The notes: generated by a model from the letters alone, not told the origin. A DNA stretch of 44,719 nt from Candidatus Hydrogenedentota bacterium (GCA_046583315.1 JAYGCN010000210.1:1-44719); one strand, 5' to 3'. Positions 8,883-19,813 are shown, counted from the stretch's first letter. Numbers and translations: made by a program.

Positions 8883-10301
8883 CTAAAAAGGGTATTCGGC
8901 CATATAGTCCATGGCCCCGTAGAGGAACATGCGGACCATTTCAGGGTCACCCGTATCGAGCCCCGCCGCGCCGCCCCCGTAAACGCCACCGCTATCCGGG
9001 GTTTCTTTCGTCGTCGTCTTCGCGTACTCAACCGCTTCCGCGAGATCAGACACGAAACGATCAGCGACACCTTCTTTCGTCTGCGGTCGCGTGACGCACA
9101 TGTGAATGGCGCCGGGATTTTGCTGTCCGTTGAAGCGCCATCCGCGTTGGACCATAAAATCGTTGACGTGATAAATGTTGAATTCGTCGCTCGCAAACGA
9201 GAAGCACCAGGTCGGTTTGCCCATCAGCTTTAACTCGGGATGACTTTTCACGGCATCCTGCATCTTGAATGCCGTTTCAAATATTTCCTTGGCATGTTTC
9301 ATGTAGCCTTCTTTGCCCATTGTGACCATTGAGGCCCAGGTGGCTGCGATGAGGCCGCCGGAACGACTGCCCAGCAATCCTGTGGAGGCATAGGATCCGC
9401 CCTTCCAGTCGGGCCAGGCGAAATACTGGTGCGTGCGAAACGACTTGTCACGCAGCAGTAGCGTAGACGTACCTTTCAGTCCGTAGCCGTATTTGTGGGT
9501 GTCCGCCGAAATCGAAGTCACACCTGGCAACCTGAAATCCCAGATCGGAATATCATAACCCAGTGCCTCGCCCCAGGGAAGAATGTATCCGCCGAGACAG
9601 CCATCGACGTGCAGACCGACGTTTTTCTCAAGGGCCAATTCCGAAAGTTTCTCGATGGGGTCAATCGTGCCGTAGGGGTAGTTACCCGCAGACCCGACGA
9701 TGGCTATGGTATTTTCGTTGATGTGATCGCGTACCCAATCCACATCCACGAGTGTCGTCTCGTCGTCTACCGGCGCAAAAATGACTTCGATGTTGAACAG
9801 GTGTCCTGCTTTCACGAAGGCCGCATGTGCGGTGTCCGGCATAATCAGATTCGGCTCTGTAATACCCTGTTCGGCCTTGGCCTTATTGCGATAAATCAAC
9901 ATCGCGTTCAGAATACTCTCCGTGCCGCCTGCTCCAATCACGCCGCAGGGGGTCTCTCCGGGATGATGTTCCTTGACCGCGTCGCCGTGCAACATATCGA
10001 GTGCCATCGCGATGATCTCAGATTCAAAACGGTTCATGCTCATGCACATATCGCGCTGAATCGAGTTGACGTGGGAATACTGACCGTAAACCTCGTTCAA
10101 GAATTCGTAATGCTCGTGGTCGCCGCAGTACATCGTGCCTGAGCAGGAACCGTCTTCCCACCTGGCGTCTTCTGCGGTCGACATGGCCTCAACTTGTTTC
10201 AAGACTTCTTCACGACTCATGCCTTTCTCCGGCATGTTCTTGAGCACTCCGTATTCGTCTGCGTAGGGATACAAACCGCGCAATAATTTTTCAATGTCCA
10301 T
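8883..10301 (-). CDS. Sphingosine-1-phosphate lyase-like PLP enzyme (group II decarboxylase fold)
   Basis: GGTESI, TAHAAF, HVDGCLGG, TSISADTHKYG (PLP Lys) and GSRSG motifs, characteristic of the S1P lyase subfamily. Confidence 0.85.
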   Translation of the reverse strand: MDIEKLLRGLYPYADEYGVLKNMPEKGMSREEVLKQVEAMSTAEDARWEDGSCSGTMYCGDHEHYEFLNEVYGQYSHVNSIQRDMCMSMNRFESEIIAMALDMLHGDAVKEHHPGETPCGVIGAGGTESILNAMLIYRNKAKAEQGITEPNLIMPDTAHAAFVKAGHLFNIEVIFAPVDDETTLVDVDWVRDHINENTIAIVGSAGNYPYGTIDPIEKLSELALEKNVGLHVDGCLGGYILPWGEALGYDIPIWDFRLPGVTSISADTHKYGYGLKGTSTLLLRDKSFRTHQYFAWPDWKGGSYASTGLLGSRSGGLIAATWASMVTMGKEGYMKHAKEIFETAFKMQDAVKSHPELKLMGKPTWCFSFASDEFNIYHVNDFMVQRGWRFNGQQNPGAIHMCVTRPQTKEGVADRFVSDLAEAVEYAKTTTKETPDSGGVYGGGAAGLDTGDPEMVRMFLYGAMDYMAEYPF

Positions 10302-10339
10302 TGATACTTCTCCGGTTACTTCGATTCGGTATAAATTAG

Positions 10340-11143
10340 CTAGGCGTTCAGTGCCTTCTGCATGAGTTCCATCGCGTCGGCGTGCAGGGTTTCATTCGCC
10401 GCGGCTATGATTGTGCCGCCTTCCATGGGAATTTCGCCGTCAAGATTGGTAATGATACCACCTGCGGTCTCGATAATGGGAATGAGCGGTACAATGTCGT
10501 AGGCCTGCAACATGCCCTCGACCACCATATCGATGCAGCCGTGGGCCAGTAGGCAATAGGAGTAACAATCACCCCCGAAACGCTGCAGGCGGCATCGTGC
10601 GGAGATGTCCTGAAATCCCTGCTGCTCTTTGCTGCTTGCAAACAGATACGGATGCGTGCTGTAGATGATGGCATCGCCCAGGGTCGCATCCTGCCGGGAT
10701 TGTAGCTGCTGCGATCCATCACGACTGTGCAACCAGGATTTCACGTTGTCCCCGACAAAGGTTTCCTGCGTATAGGGTTGGTGCATGATGCCTCCCAGAC
10801 AAGCATCGCCGTCGGTCAATCCCAGGAGCACGCCCCAACCAGTGACGCCGCTGATGAAGGCGCGGGTGCCGTCGATGGGATCGATTACCCAGCGCAGATC
10901 GCTGTCGCCTTCGGAGCCGTACTCTTCACCGAGGATGGCGTAACCCGGAAAGTGTTTCGCGAGGCCCTCGCGCAGCTTCTCTTCGATGCGCTTGTCGGCC
11001 TGCGTTACGGGATCGAAGTAGACCCCTTCCATCTTGTTGTCGACCTGATGCGGCTTGCGGAAATACTCCAGCGAGATTTTTCCGGCCTCCTCCACCAGTT
11101 CGCGCGCGATCGTCATGTGTTCTTTGATTTCGTCGTGGTTCAT
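10340..11143 (-). CDS. Inositol monophosphatase family phosphatase (HisN-like)
   Basis: DPVTQAD, GEE, WVIDPIDGTRAF, GGDCY and YDI motifs. Confidence 0.85.
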   Translation of the reverse strand: MNHDEIKEHMTIARELVEEAGKISLEYFRKPHQVDNKMEGVYFDPVTQADKRIEEKLREGLAKHFPGYAILGEEYGSEGDSDLRWVIDPIDGTRAFISGVTGWGVLLGLTDGDACLGGIMHQPYTQETFVGDNVKSWLHSRDGSQQLQSRQDATLGDAIIYSTHPYLFASSKEQQGFQDISARCRLQRFGGDCYSYCLLAHGCIDMVVEGMLQAYDIVPLIPIIETAGGIITNLDGEIPMEGGTIIAAANETLHADAMELMQKALNA

Positions 11144-11163
11144 GTTGATTCCTGATTGGTTCG

Positions 11164-12735
11164 TTACAATCGTTTATGCGGATTCATACGCCTGAACAGC
11201 GGACGCGTCCGCTTGAAGGCCAACTTGAATGACCCAAACAACTCAGCGTATACCTCTTCCGTTTCGGGGCGCGGCTCGAGCACTTCCTTAATTTCCAACT
11301 TGCCGGGTATCTCATCAATGGTCATTTCGCCGAGGCCCTGAAAAGCAAGGTAGGCCCCGCCGCGCACGACGGTGTATTCGGGGTCCGCGACCTGATGCAC
11401 GGGGATGCGAAACACGTCAGCCATGATCTGCGCGCCTTCGCGGGATTTTGCGCCCCCACCGTAGAACACAATATGCGTCATTTTGCGTTTTGAGAAGGAT
11501 TCCACGCCTTCGCGCAACCATTGCAGATTCATCATGAGGCTCTCGATCGCCGCGCGGGCCATGTCGGATCGGGTCGTCTCCAGATTCAGATTCATCACCG
11601 CGCCGCGCATTGAGGGTTCGGGCGTGGGAGCCTGCACACCGGACAACCAGGGCAAAAACAGTACGCCATTGCTGCCCGGAGGCACGGACGCAAGCACTTC
11701 GTCGAGTTCCTGAAAGGTCTCGTCCGAGGAGTGATCGGCAAATCCGTCGTTGGGGTACACCAGCTTCGTCAGAAAAAATTCGATCACTTTCCCGGCAATC
11801 CCGTTTTCTGCCAACACGAAAAATGTGTCCGGCACAGGCGAGGGCATGCTCATCATACCTTTAATCGGGTCCGTCTTCTGACGATCCATGTGTGTGATCA
11901 TGACACCGGTCGTGCCAATGCTGATGGCACCGTGCGTACCGCTAAAGGTACCCGTCGCAATCCCGCCGACTTGCGTATCGTTCACACCTGAGAATATTTT
12001 CGTCTCCGGAGATAACCGCAACTCGTTCGCTACCGCTGGAAGAATGGTACCGACAATCGAATTCACCGGAACCAGTTCGGGCCATTTATCGGCGTCGATG
12101 CCGGACATCGCGATGAGGTCGGGTTCGTATTCGGTTCGTCCCAATATCTTGTTGTTCACGCCCAGCATCATCAGCGCGGTGCATTGACTGGCAGTGGCAC
12201 GTCCGCTGAATCGCATGGTGAGAAAATCGCTGGGCTCGAGAAAGGTTTTCGTGCGCGCGTAGACTTCTGGGAAACGATATTTAATCAGGCGCATGTGGGA
12301 CAAGGAATCCTGACCCGTACTCAAGGGAGGCAGACCAGCGCGTCGTAACCACTTCAGTTGCCGAAGCAGACTATCCGTCTTGAAGCCCGGCAACTTCTTC
12401 ATCTTTTCCGTCGTTGCGCGACCGTCCATGTGGGTGACCATGTTCATGGTCGGTTTTCCGTCGGCATCCACGGGAATTATCGATGAGTATTGCGTGGTGC
12501 AGATGAGTCCCAGAATTTGCTCCTTCGGAATGCCCGACTCGCGGACGACCTGCGCCACGATCGTCTTGATGGCATTCCAGACCACCTCGGGATCTTGTTC
12601 GACGCCCTTATCCTCGACATGAAGCAAGGGGATCGCATGGGACGCTGTGGCCACGAGCTCCCCGTCAAGCCCTACCAGCGCGGCTTTGGCATTGGTCGTG
12701 CCTTGATCGATGGATACAATGTAGTGCTGGGCCAT
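11164..12735 (-). CDS. FGGY-family carbohydrate kinase (xylulokinase-like)
   Basis: SIDQGTT, EQDP, GVNDTQ, SIGTTG, FLPWLSG, GGGAKS motifs; start most likely ATG 12735 (alternative 12747). Confidence 0.88.
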   Translation of the reverse strand: MAQHYIVSIDQGTTNAKAALVGLDGELVATASHAIPLLHVEDKGVEQDPEVVWNAIKTIVAQVVRESGIPKEQILGLICTTQYSSIIPVDADGKPTMNMVTHMDGRATTEKMKKLPGFKTDSLLRQLKWLRRAGLPPLSTGQDSLSHMRLIKYRFPEVYARTKTFLEPSDFLTMRFSGRATASQCTALMMLGVNNKILGRTEYEPDLIAMSGIDADKWPELVPVNSIVGTILPAVANELRLSPETKIFSGVNDTQVGGIATGTFSGTHGAISIGTTGVMITHMDRQKTDPIKGMMSMPSPVPDTFFVLAENGIAGKVIEFFLTKLVYPNDGFADHSSDETFQELDEVLASVPPGSNGVLFLPWLSGVQAPTPEPSMRGAVMNLNLETTRSDMARAAIESLMMNLQWLREGVESFSKRKMTHIVFYGGGAKSREGAQIMADVFRIPVHQVADPEYTVVRGGAYLAFQGLGEMTIDEIPGKLEIKEVLEPRPETEEVYAELFGSFKLAFKRTRPLFRRMNPHKRL

Positions 12736-12926
12736 GTAGGGATCCATTCGGGTTGTGGAAGGACAATCGGGGCGTATTTTAACTGAATTGGATAACGAAT
12801 TCAGCTTGCGCCTGCTCAATTCGATATCGATGCGATAAAGTTGGCTTTTTCGGGCGATATTGGATACCCTTGCGGGACTGATTTTTGGGTCATCGAACAG
12901 TCGCCCTGCAACTCAAGGAGCCGCGC

Positions 12927-14141
12927 GTGGACAGTCGAAAAGGATGGTGGGTCGTCTTCGGGTGCATGTTGACCATGACGATTACGGCGGGTGTGGGCTT
13001 CTCTTCGATGGCCGTCCTGGCTGATAATATCCTGAAAAACACCGGCTGGGACGAACTGGATTTTGCTCTGGGAGTAACCGTCTGGGGACTTTCAGCGGCG
13101 GTCGTCAGCCCATTCTGTGGACGCTGGATTGATCAATACGGACCCCGCCCCATGATCATGGCAGGTATTTGTCTCGCCGCAATCGCCGAATTTATGTTGG
13201 GGCGCGTTACGCAACTCTGGCAGTATTACACACTCCTTGCAATCCTTCCTCTCGGCATTATGTTGTGCACGTATATGCCAATCGCCACGGTCGTCACGCA
13301 TTGGTTTCGAAAGAAAATCAACATCGCCACCGGGCTTGCCATGTTGGGTATAGGACTGGGTGGGGGCCTTGCTCCATTAATCACGCAAGCACTGGTTGCC
13401 CAATACGAATTTAGAACAACGTTTACCATTCTCGCGGGCATTTTGCTCTGCGCGTTGATTCCATCGTATATCTGGATCCATTCGCCGGACGAGGAGTTAG
13501 AGGTGAATAGCTCTGCCGAAGAACAGGATCAACATGATTCCGATCTCTCTCTGGGTCGCGCACTCAAGACGCGAAGTTTCTGGGGCCTGAGTGTGGGTGA
13601 CATGCTGACGGGCATGGTATTCGCAATCTTCACTCAGTTGCTTGTCCTGTACCTTATAAATGAAACCAATGACGAGCAGTTCGCGGCCGCAGTGCTCGCC
13701 ACACTGAGCGTCGGATTGGGTTTCGGAATCCTTGTTTTTGGACCACTGGGTGATATTTTCAACTTTCGTCGCGTCATCGTTCTCTGTTATTTCTTGCCTG
13801 CCGTCGGCACCGTCTGTATTCTCGCCTCAGATACCCACATTATGGCTTTCACCTTTGCGGTGATTGCTGGATTCGCCGGAGGAGGGCGCAGCGCTCTTTT
13901 TCCTGTGGCCATTTCAAGCAGCTTTGGACACACGCACATGGCGGCAATCTACGGAGTATCGAATACGTTGTTCATGATAGGCACCGGCGTAGGACCCGTT
14001 ATCGCTGGTCTCATATACAAAGAAACCGGAAACATACATCACATCTATCTATTCGGTATCGTGCTTTTCGTTGCCTCGGCCGCTCTTGTCGCTCTGATTC
14101 GTGATGAGCGCGCACCGGAAACGGTCCCGTCCGAATCGTGA
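12927..14141 (+). CDS. MFS transporter
   Basis: About 12 TM segments; GRWIDQYGPR and GPLGDIFNFRR motif A; GTG 12927 preceded by AAGGAG. Confidence 0.88.
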   Translation: MDSRKGWWVVFGCMLTMTITAGVGFSSMAVLADNILKNTGWDELDFALGVTVWGLSAAVVSPFCGRWIDQYGPRPMIMAGICLAAIAEFMLGRVTQLWQYYTLLAILPLGIMLCTYMPIATVVTHWFRKKINIATGLAMLGIGLGGGLAPLITQALVAQYEFRTTFTILAGILLCALIPSYIWIHSPDEELEVNSSAEEQDQHDSDLSLGRALKTRSFWGLSVGDMLTGMVFAIFTQLLVLYLINETNDEQFAAAVLATLSVGLGFGILVFGPLGDIFNFRRVIVLCYFLPAVGTVCILASDTHIMAFTFAVIAGFAGGGRSALFPVAISSSFGHTHMAAIYGVSNTLFMIGTGVGPVIAGLIYKETGNIHHIYLFGIVLFVASAALVALIRDERAPETVPSES

Positions 14142-14160
14142 CTTAGCCTTTGAGAACACA

Positions 14161-14784
14161 ATGACCCTCGCATCTGACCATACCCATTTCTACCTCGTCC
14201 GCCACGGGGAGAGTTTTGCCAATGTGAAAGGCTACGTCGGGGGTTCAACTGACGACGAACTGACCGATCGCGGGCATGAGCAGGCCATAAAAGTCGCCCG
14301 TCATCTGAAGGAAACGGCGAAGGCTGCAACGGCACTGTACGCCTCACCCCTGAAACGTGCGTGGGAAACGGCGGGGCATATTGGCGAGGCCGTGGGTATG
14401 AATCCGGAAGCGATCGATACGCTGGTGGAGTGGCACGCGGGGGATTGGGAAAAATTGGAGTACAGCGAAATTCCGGAGCAGGAAGGCTTTACGCCAGAGG
14501 CAATCTTCGACCCCACCTGGGCACCGCCAAATGGAGAGGCCTTGGGTGATGTTCAGACGCGCGTGGTGGCAACCCTGCGCGAACTCAACACCCGTCACGC
14601 TGGCGAACACATCATCGTCGTCAGTCACGGGTCCGCGCTGGCCCTGTCCCTCGCCGAACTCATCGACAACAACATGTGCGCGTGGATTCAATACAAACTC
14701 GAGAACTGTTCCGTCTCCGAACTCATCCTCGGCCCCCAACCCAACCTCATCGCCGTGAACCAGACGGGACATCTACTCGTTTAA
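14161..14784 (+). CDS. Histidine phosphatase (phosphoglycerate mutase family)
   Basis: LVRHGES, ASPLKRAWET, VSHG, LENCS motifs. Confidence 0.9.
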   Translation: MTLASDHTHFYLVRHGESFANVKGYVGGSTDDELTDRGHEQAIKVARHLKETAKAATALYASPLKRAWETAGHIGEAVGMNPEAIDTLVEWHAGDWEKLEYSEIPEQEGFTPEAIFDPTWAPPNGEALGDVQTRVVATLRELNTRHAGEHIIVVSHGSALALSLAELIDNNMCAWIQYKLENCSVSELILGPQPNLIAVNQTGHLLV

Positions 14785-14841
14785 GTGATCGCCAGCACAC
14801 CCGGGTTTCGACCACTCATTACCGCATAGGATGATCCGTGA

Positions 14842-16791
14842 CTATTCTTTCTTTTTCTTGCCTCCGCCAAAGAGACTCTTTATGCCGCCCCGAATCGTCT
14901 CTCCGACCGGGGAGTTGTTGAGTTCTTCGCCGAGCCGTTCTTCGAGAAGTTTTTCCGCTTCATTTTGAACGACGGCACCGAGTACCCCGGACACATCGGG
15001 CACAGTACTCAACTCGGGTGGAATCCCTGTGATTTTGACCGGGAAACTGAGACGTCCCTGATCGTCCAGCAAGGCCGAAAGCTCTTTCACTTCGCCGACC
15101 ATATCGGCGGAGAAATCCGGGTGGAACCGCAGCGTGGAATCAAGATCGAGGTTCGTGTCCAGCCCTATGGTGCCAACGGCTTCAAACATAAAGAAATCGC
15201 TAACCACTTTCATGTCTTCGGTATGAATCAGCTCGTCGTACAGCGCAAAGGTGCCGGAAACTTCTTGCAGCACTGTGTGGGGTTGATTCAGGTAGGTCAT
15301 GAGACCGTCCGGCACCATATCGAGCAACACTCCTGACAAAAATGGCAGATCGCCGATGGCGCCCAGAACCTGTTCGCCCAAATTGACATCCTTGATGAGT
15401 CCGTCGCCAATCAGCACGGTCGATTCACCTTTCAGCGAGGGCATCATGTTGTCATCTAGCGTACCGGACACATTCCCTTTGATGCTTTTGATGGTTCCGG
15501 TCACCCCGAAGGGCATATCGGGCGCGAAGGCCGGTATCAACTCTTCGATGAGCATGCCCGAGGTGTCCAACTGCGACTCGAATGGGAAGGTTTCGTCGGT
15601 GAGTGTGAGCGTCGTGTTCACAGTGCTCTCGCCACCGAAGGCAGTGACCGTAAGCGGCTTCACATTTCCGGTCTCGGGATCCAGGGCAGCCGTCATCGCG
15701 ATAGTCATCGGTGCACCGTTCATCGTGCCTTGCAGCGACTCGGTGCTGATTGTCATCAGGGTTTCAGTGGCATCGATAGTAAATGTGCCCGCGAGCGCGT
15801 CAATCCCGATCAGATCTTCAACGGCTGCGGAAAATCCGGAAACGGCCATGGTGCCGTCCATTTTGTATCCCGTGGGGGTCAGTACAAATTCCAGATTCGG
15901 TTCGATCAAACCGGTCACGCCGAATTCATTGAGTGCAGGTGCGAAAATGTCCAGCAGTTCCCGGAAATCATCCACCACAATGTTGTCAGAGGCGATGAAC
16001 AACACTTTGGACGTATCGGTCAAATTCAGATCGCCGCTCATCAGCACATAACTCTCACCGATTTGCGGCTGAAGGCTGTCCAGCCCGATGGTTCCGTCGT
16101 TGAGTCCGTAGCGAATGGTGTCGCAGGTGTACGAGAAGTCCGAGACGTCCATCAGCACGCCGTCACCGGAGACCTTGGAAAGATGTACCTGATTCATGGC
16201 GAACTGCAACGACGCGTCCAGGCTCAAGTCGTCTACAGTGTAGGTGGCATCGGCGATTTTGTCGTTCACCGTGATGGACGCGCCGAAAATAGTGAAGGAT
16301 TTCAGATCAACGGTAACGGGGACATCGGTGGATGCGGTCGCAGCGGGTTCGCTGGCTGGCGATTCATCGGTTTTTTCGGCAGGTGTTGAAGTCGCGTCTG
16401 CTTGCGGACGCGCGAGGCCTTCAATGAAGATTCCTTCTTCCTCTAGGGACATGACGATGGTCGGGTTGATCACGCGCAGTGAGGTGATCACGATGTTGCC
16501 GGTCAACAACGGAAATAGCTCGAGATTGAGACTGACGTTTTCAACCGTGATGGCCTCTTCTGGGTTATCCGGATTCGCGACGCGCGCCGAATCAACGATC
16601 ACGCTCGCTTTGGGAAAAATTGACGCCGTGAGATCGCCCAGAGTAACCATGCTGCCGAGTGCTTCGCTGGCCATGCGTTCCAACTCAGGCTTGTATTCGG
16701 TGACGATGTCGCTGGCACGGCTCACCGCATACATCAGCGCGCCTGCCGCAATGACCAACAACACGATGACAAGAATGATGAACTTTTTCAT
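14842..16791 (-). CDS. AsmA family protein
   Basis: N-terminal anchor plus AsmA_N-like 'LELFPLLTG'; beta-rich body; C-terminal 'GTIGLD...FPVKITG...P'. Confidence 0.75.
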   Translation of the reverse strand: MKKFIILVIVLLVIAAGALMYAVSRASDIVTEYKPELERMASEALGSMVTLGDLTASIFPKASVIVDSARVANPDNPEEAITVENVSLNLELFPLLTGNIVITSLRVINPTIVMSLEEEGIFIEGLARPQADATSTPAEKTDESPASEPAATASTDVPVTVDLKSFTIFGASITVNDKIADATYTVDDLSLDASLQFAMNQVHLSKVSGDGVLMDVSDFSYTCDTIRYGLNDGTIGLDSLQPQIGESYVLMSGDLNLTDTSKVLFIASDNIVVDDFRELLDIFAPALNEFGVTGLIEPNLEFVLTPTGYKMDGTMAVSGFSAAVEDLIGIDALAGTFTIDATETLMTISTESLQGTMNGAPMTIAMTAALDPETGNVKPLTVTAFGGESTVNTTLTLTDETFPFESQLDTSGMLIEELIPAFAPDMPFGVTGTIKSIKGNVSGTLDDNMMPSLKGESTVLIGDGLIKDVNLGEQVLGAIGDLPFLSGVLLDMVPDGLMTYLNQPHTVLQEVSGTFALYDELIHTEDMKVVSDFFMFEAVGTIGLDTNLDLDSTLRFHPDFSADMVGEVKELSALLDDQGRLSFPVKITGIPPELSTVPDVSGVLGAVVQNEAEKLLEERLGEELNNSPVGETIRGGIKSLFGGGKKKKE

Positions 16792-16953
16792 AGCAAGACT
16801 CCCAATCGGAATATGTCCATTTCAACTCCTGTTACTTTACCATGAAATTCGCATCACATTGAACTCAAAACCCGCAGGATGGTTGACTCGGGTTCGAGTG
16901 CTGATGCACACTACCCCTTCTACTCGGCATAAATTCAATTAAGGACAACTATC

Positions 16954-18756
16954 ATGGCGAAAGTGAAATCATTACCTGCTCGTAGCCAGGTCAAAAAGCA
17001 GGATACCTGGGACCTCACCGCGTTGGCGAAGAGCGATACGGCCTGGCATAAAGCATTCAAGGCTTGGGAGAAACAGATCGACACCTTCGCGACGTTCCGG
17101 GGTACGCTGGGTAAATCATCCAAGGCGGTCAAGAAATGTTTCGATTTCGACAATAAATTCGATCGCGAGGGCGAGCGACTGGGCTCCTACGCCTTCCTGA
17201 AACAGTCGGAGGACGTGGTCAACGGCACCTATCAGGGCATGGTGCAGCAATTCTCCTTTGTGGCCACGCGCGCGGGTGAGGCTACGAGTTATATCGCGCC
17301 GGAATTGCAGGCATTGCCGAAAAAGACGCTGGAGAGTTATCTCAAATCGCCAACGCTCAAAGACTATCGCATCCAACTGAACAAATTGCTGCGCTACAAA
17401 CCCCATATTCTCTCGGATAAAGAGGAACGCCTGCTCGCCATGCAGGGAGAAATCGCCGGAACTGCCAGCAAGGTCTTTTCCCAATTGACCGACGCCGATT
17501 TCACCTTTGGCCACATCACAGATGAAAAGGGAGAGAAAATCGAATTGTCCCAGGGCTCGTTCCGCATGTTCCTGGAATCCCCGAAGCGTGCAGTGCGAAA
17601 AAAGGCCTTCGCCCAATTCTACGACGTGTTCGAGAAACATGAGAACACGCTAGCGGCGGCCCTGGGCTCATCCGTCAAACAGGACATCTACGGTTCGCGC
17701 GTGCGCAATCATCCGAGTGCGCGTGAAGGGGCGCTGTTTTCGGATAACGTTCCCGTGGCGGTCTACGACAGCCTGATTGATGCGGTGCACGGCAATCTGG
17801 ATACGGTCTATCGCTACCTGGAACTGCGTCGCAAGAAAATGAAGCTGAAAGAATTGCACAGCTACGATACTTATGTTCCGCTACTCGCCGATAGTCGCAC
17901 GACGGTTCCGTATGCCAAGGCCGCCAAGCAGGTCTGTGAAGCGGTGGAACCGTTGGGCTCGGCCTACACCAAGGCACTCAAAAAAGGGCTCGATGGCCGT
18001 TGGGTGGATCGCTACGAGAATCAGGGTAAACGCAGCGGCGCATTTTCGGCCGGTGGTTTCGATGGCCCGCCGTACATTCTGATGAATTATCAGTCCGAAG
18101 GGCTGGACAGCATGTTCACGCTGGCGCACGAGGCGGGTCATTCGATGCACACGTACTACAGCGCGCGGAATCAGTCTTACCAAAATTATCAATACACGAT
18201 TTTTGTGGCAGAAGTGGCCTCGACCTTCAACGAACAGTTGCTCGGTACCTACTTAATGAACAAGGCGCGCGGTAAAGAGGCGAAGGCCGCGCTCATCAAC
18301 AAACAGATCGACGACATTCGCGGCACGATCATTCGCCAGACGATGTTCGCCGAGTACGAAAAAATTATTCACTCCATCGCAGAAGCAGGCGATCCGCTGA
18401 CGCTGGAATGTTTGCGCGCGGAATACGCGAAACTGCTGCGTCTGTATTTTGGGTCCGACTTCGTGATCGATCCGGTGCTGGAACTGGAAGGCTTGCGCAT
18501 TCCGCATTTCTACAGCGCGTTTTACGTCTACAAATATGCTACCGGATTGTCGGCGGCCATCGCACTGTCCCAGATGGTGCTCAACGGCGGCACGAAGGAG
18601 CGAGATCGCTACCTGAACTTCCTGAAGAGTGGAGGCTCAAAATATCCGCTGGATCTGTTGCGCGATGCAGGCGTCGACATGGAGAAACCCGAACCGGTCA
18701 ATGCGGCCATGGCCCGTTTCACCAGCCTCGTCGATGAATTGGAAACGCTGCTCTAA
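16954..18756 (+). CDS. pepF: Oligoendopeptidase F (M3B)
   Basis: TWDL, GKRSGAFS, AHEAGHSMH zinc motif, FVAEVAS, IPHFY..FYVYKYATG. Confidence 0.96.
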   Translation: MAKVKSLPARSQVKKQDTWDLTALAKSDTAWHKAFKAWEKQIDTFATFRGTLGKSSKAVKKCFDFDNKFDREGERLGSYAFLKQSEDVVNGTYQGMVQQFSFVATRAGEATSYIAPELQALPKKTLESYLKSPTLKDYRIQLNKLLRYKPHILSDKEERLLAMQGEIAGTASKVFSQLTDADFTFGHITDEKGEKIELSQGSFRMFLESPKRAVRKKAFAQFYDVFEKHENTLAAALGSSVKQDIYGSRVRNHPSAREGALFSDNVPVAVYDSLIDAVHGNLDTVYRYLELRRKKMKLKELHSYDTYVPLLADSRTTVPYAKAAKQVCEAVEPLGSAYTKALKKGLDGRWVDRYENQGKRSGAFSAGGFDGPPYILMNYQSEGLDSMFTLAHEAGHSMHTYYSARNQSYQNYQYTIFVAEVASTFNEQLLGTYLMNKARGKEAKAALINKQIDDIRGTIIRQTMFAEYEKIIHSIAEAGDPLTLECLRAEYAKLLRLYFGSDFVIDPVLELEGLRIPHFYSAFYVYKYATGLSAAIALSQMVLNGGTKERDRYLNFLKSGGSKYPLDLLRDAGVDMEKPEPVNAAMARFTSLVDELETLL

Positions 18757-18766
18757 GCGAGAACGG

Positions 18767-19813
18767 CTATTCTGGCAAGGCAAACGCGATAAGGGAATCA
18801 CCCAGCGTCGTGCCTGCGCGACCGTGGCCTCCTGCGGCGATGACGACGTACTGTTTACTGTTTTCGCCGATTCGGTAGGTCATGGGTGTTGCCTGTCCGC
18901 CGGCTGGCAGCCGACCCTTCCAGAGTTCCTTGCCTGTTTCAATGTCGAAGGCGCGCAGATAGTCGTCCATTGCAGCGCCGATGAAAATGAGTCCACTGCC
19001 GGTGATGGTCGGTCCACCCAGATTGGGCACGCCGAGTTTTATGGGGATGGGAACGGGCGCAATATCGCGAACGGTGCCGAAGGGTTTTTCCCACAGAATA
19101 TCGCCGGATTTCAGGTCAACGGCGGCAATCGTACCCCACGGTGGCGGGTTACAAGGCAATTCAAGTGAAGACATGACCATCTTGCGAACCATTCCGCAGG
19201 GTGTGCCTAGTTGTCGGCCAATTTCGTCATGGGGATAACGTTCGCGCCACTCTTCCAGGTCTTCAATCGGAAACAATGCTACGGCCCAGGGCATGTCCAT
19301 GACATTGGCGATGACGACCTGTCGCTCTTCGTCGACCGTGCCGAAAAGAATACGACCTTCGCCATCCTCTGGTTTCCAATAGGACATGCCGCGCGAGGTC
19401 AACTGATTCGAATAATTTCCACTCAGATCAATCTTGGGATCGTGTACCCAGCGTTCTTCACCGGTCTCGGGATCGAGCGCAATGACCCGGCTGAAAGGCG
19501 TTGGGAAATATAGGATACCATCGACGAGAATAGGGGTTGCTTCGAAGGCGGTGGTCGTGTCGACTTCCCCGTTCCCGTCGGACACGTCGCCCGTGTGGTA
19601 CTCCCAGGCGATCTCCAGATGTTTTACGTTATCGGTCGTGATTTGGGTCAGCGGCGAATAGCGTGTACCCCCGGAGTCGTTACCGTAATCCGCCCACTCG
19701 CCCGTGGGGCCGCTCATATCAAGATCAAGGTGGATGGGTCGGTTCTGCCAGGCGTACCAAACCACACCGACCACCGCTATAACTAGAATCGGGCGCAATA
19801 AACGTTTTCGCAT
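18767..19813 (-). pseudogene. PQQ-dependent (glucose/quinate-type) dehydrogenase with an in-frame internal deletion
   Basis: N-terminal motifs (RYSPLTQI, FEATP, ALDPETG) joined directly to C-terminal motifs (PCNPPPWG, GGQATPMTY, AAGGHG); only 348 aa and no central WDYD region. Confidence 0.7.
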
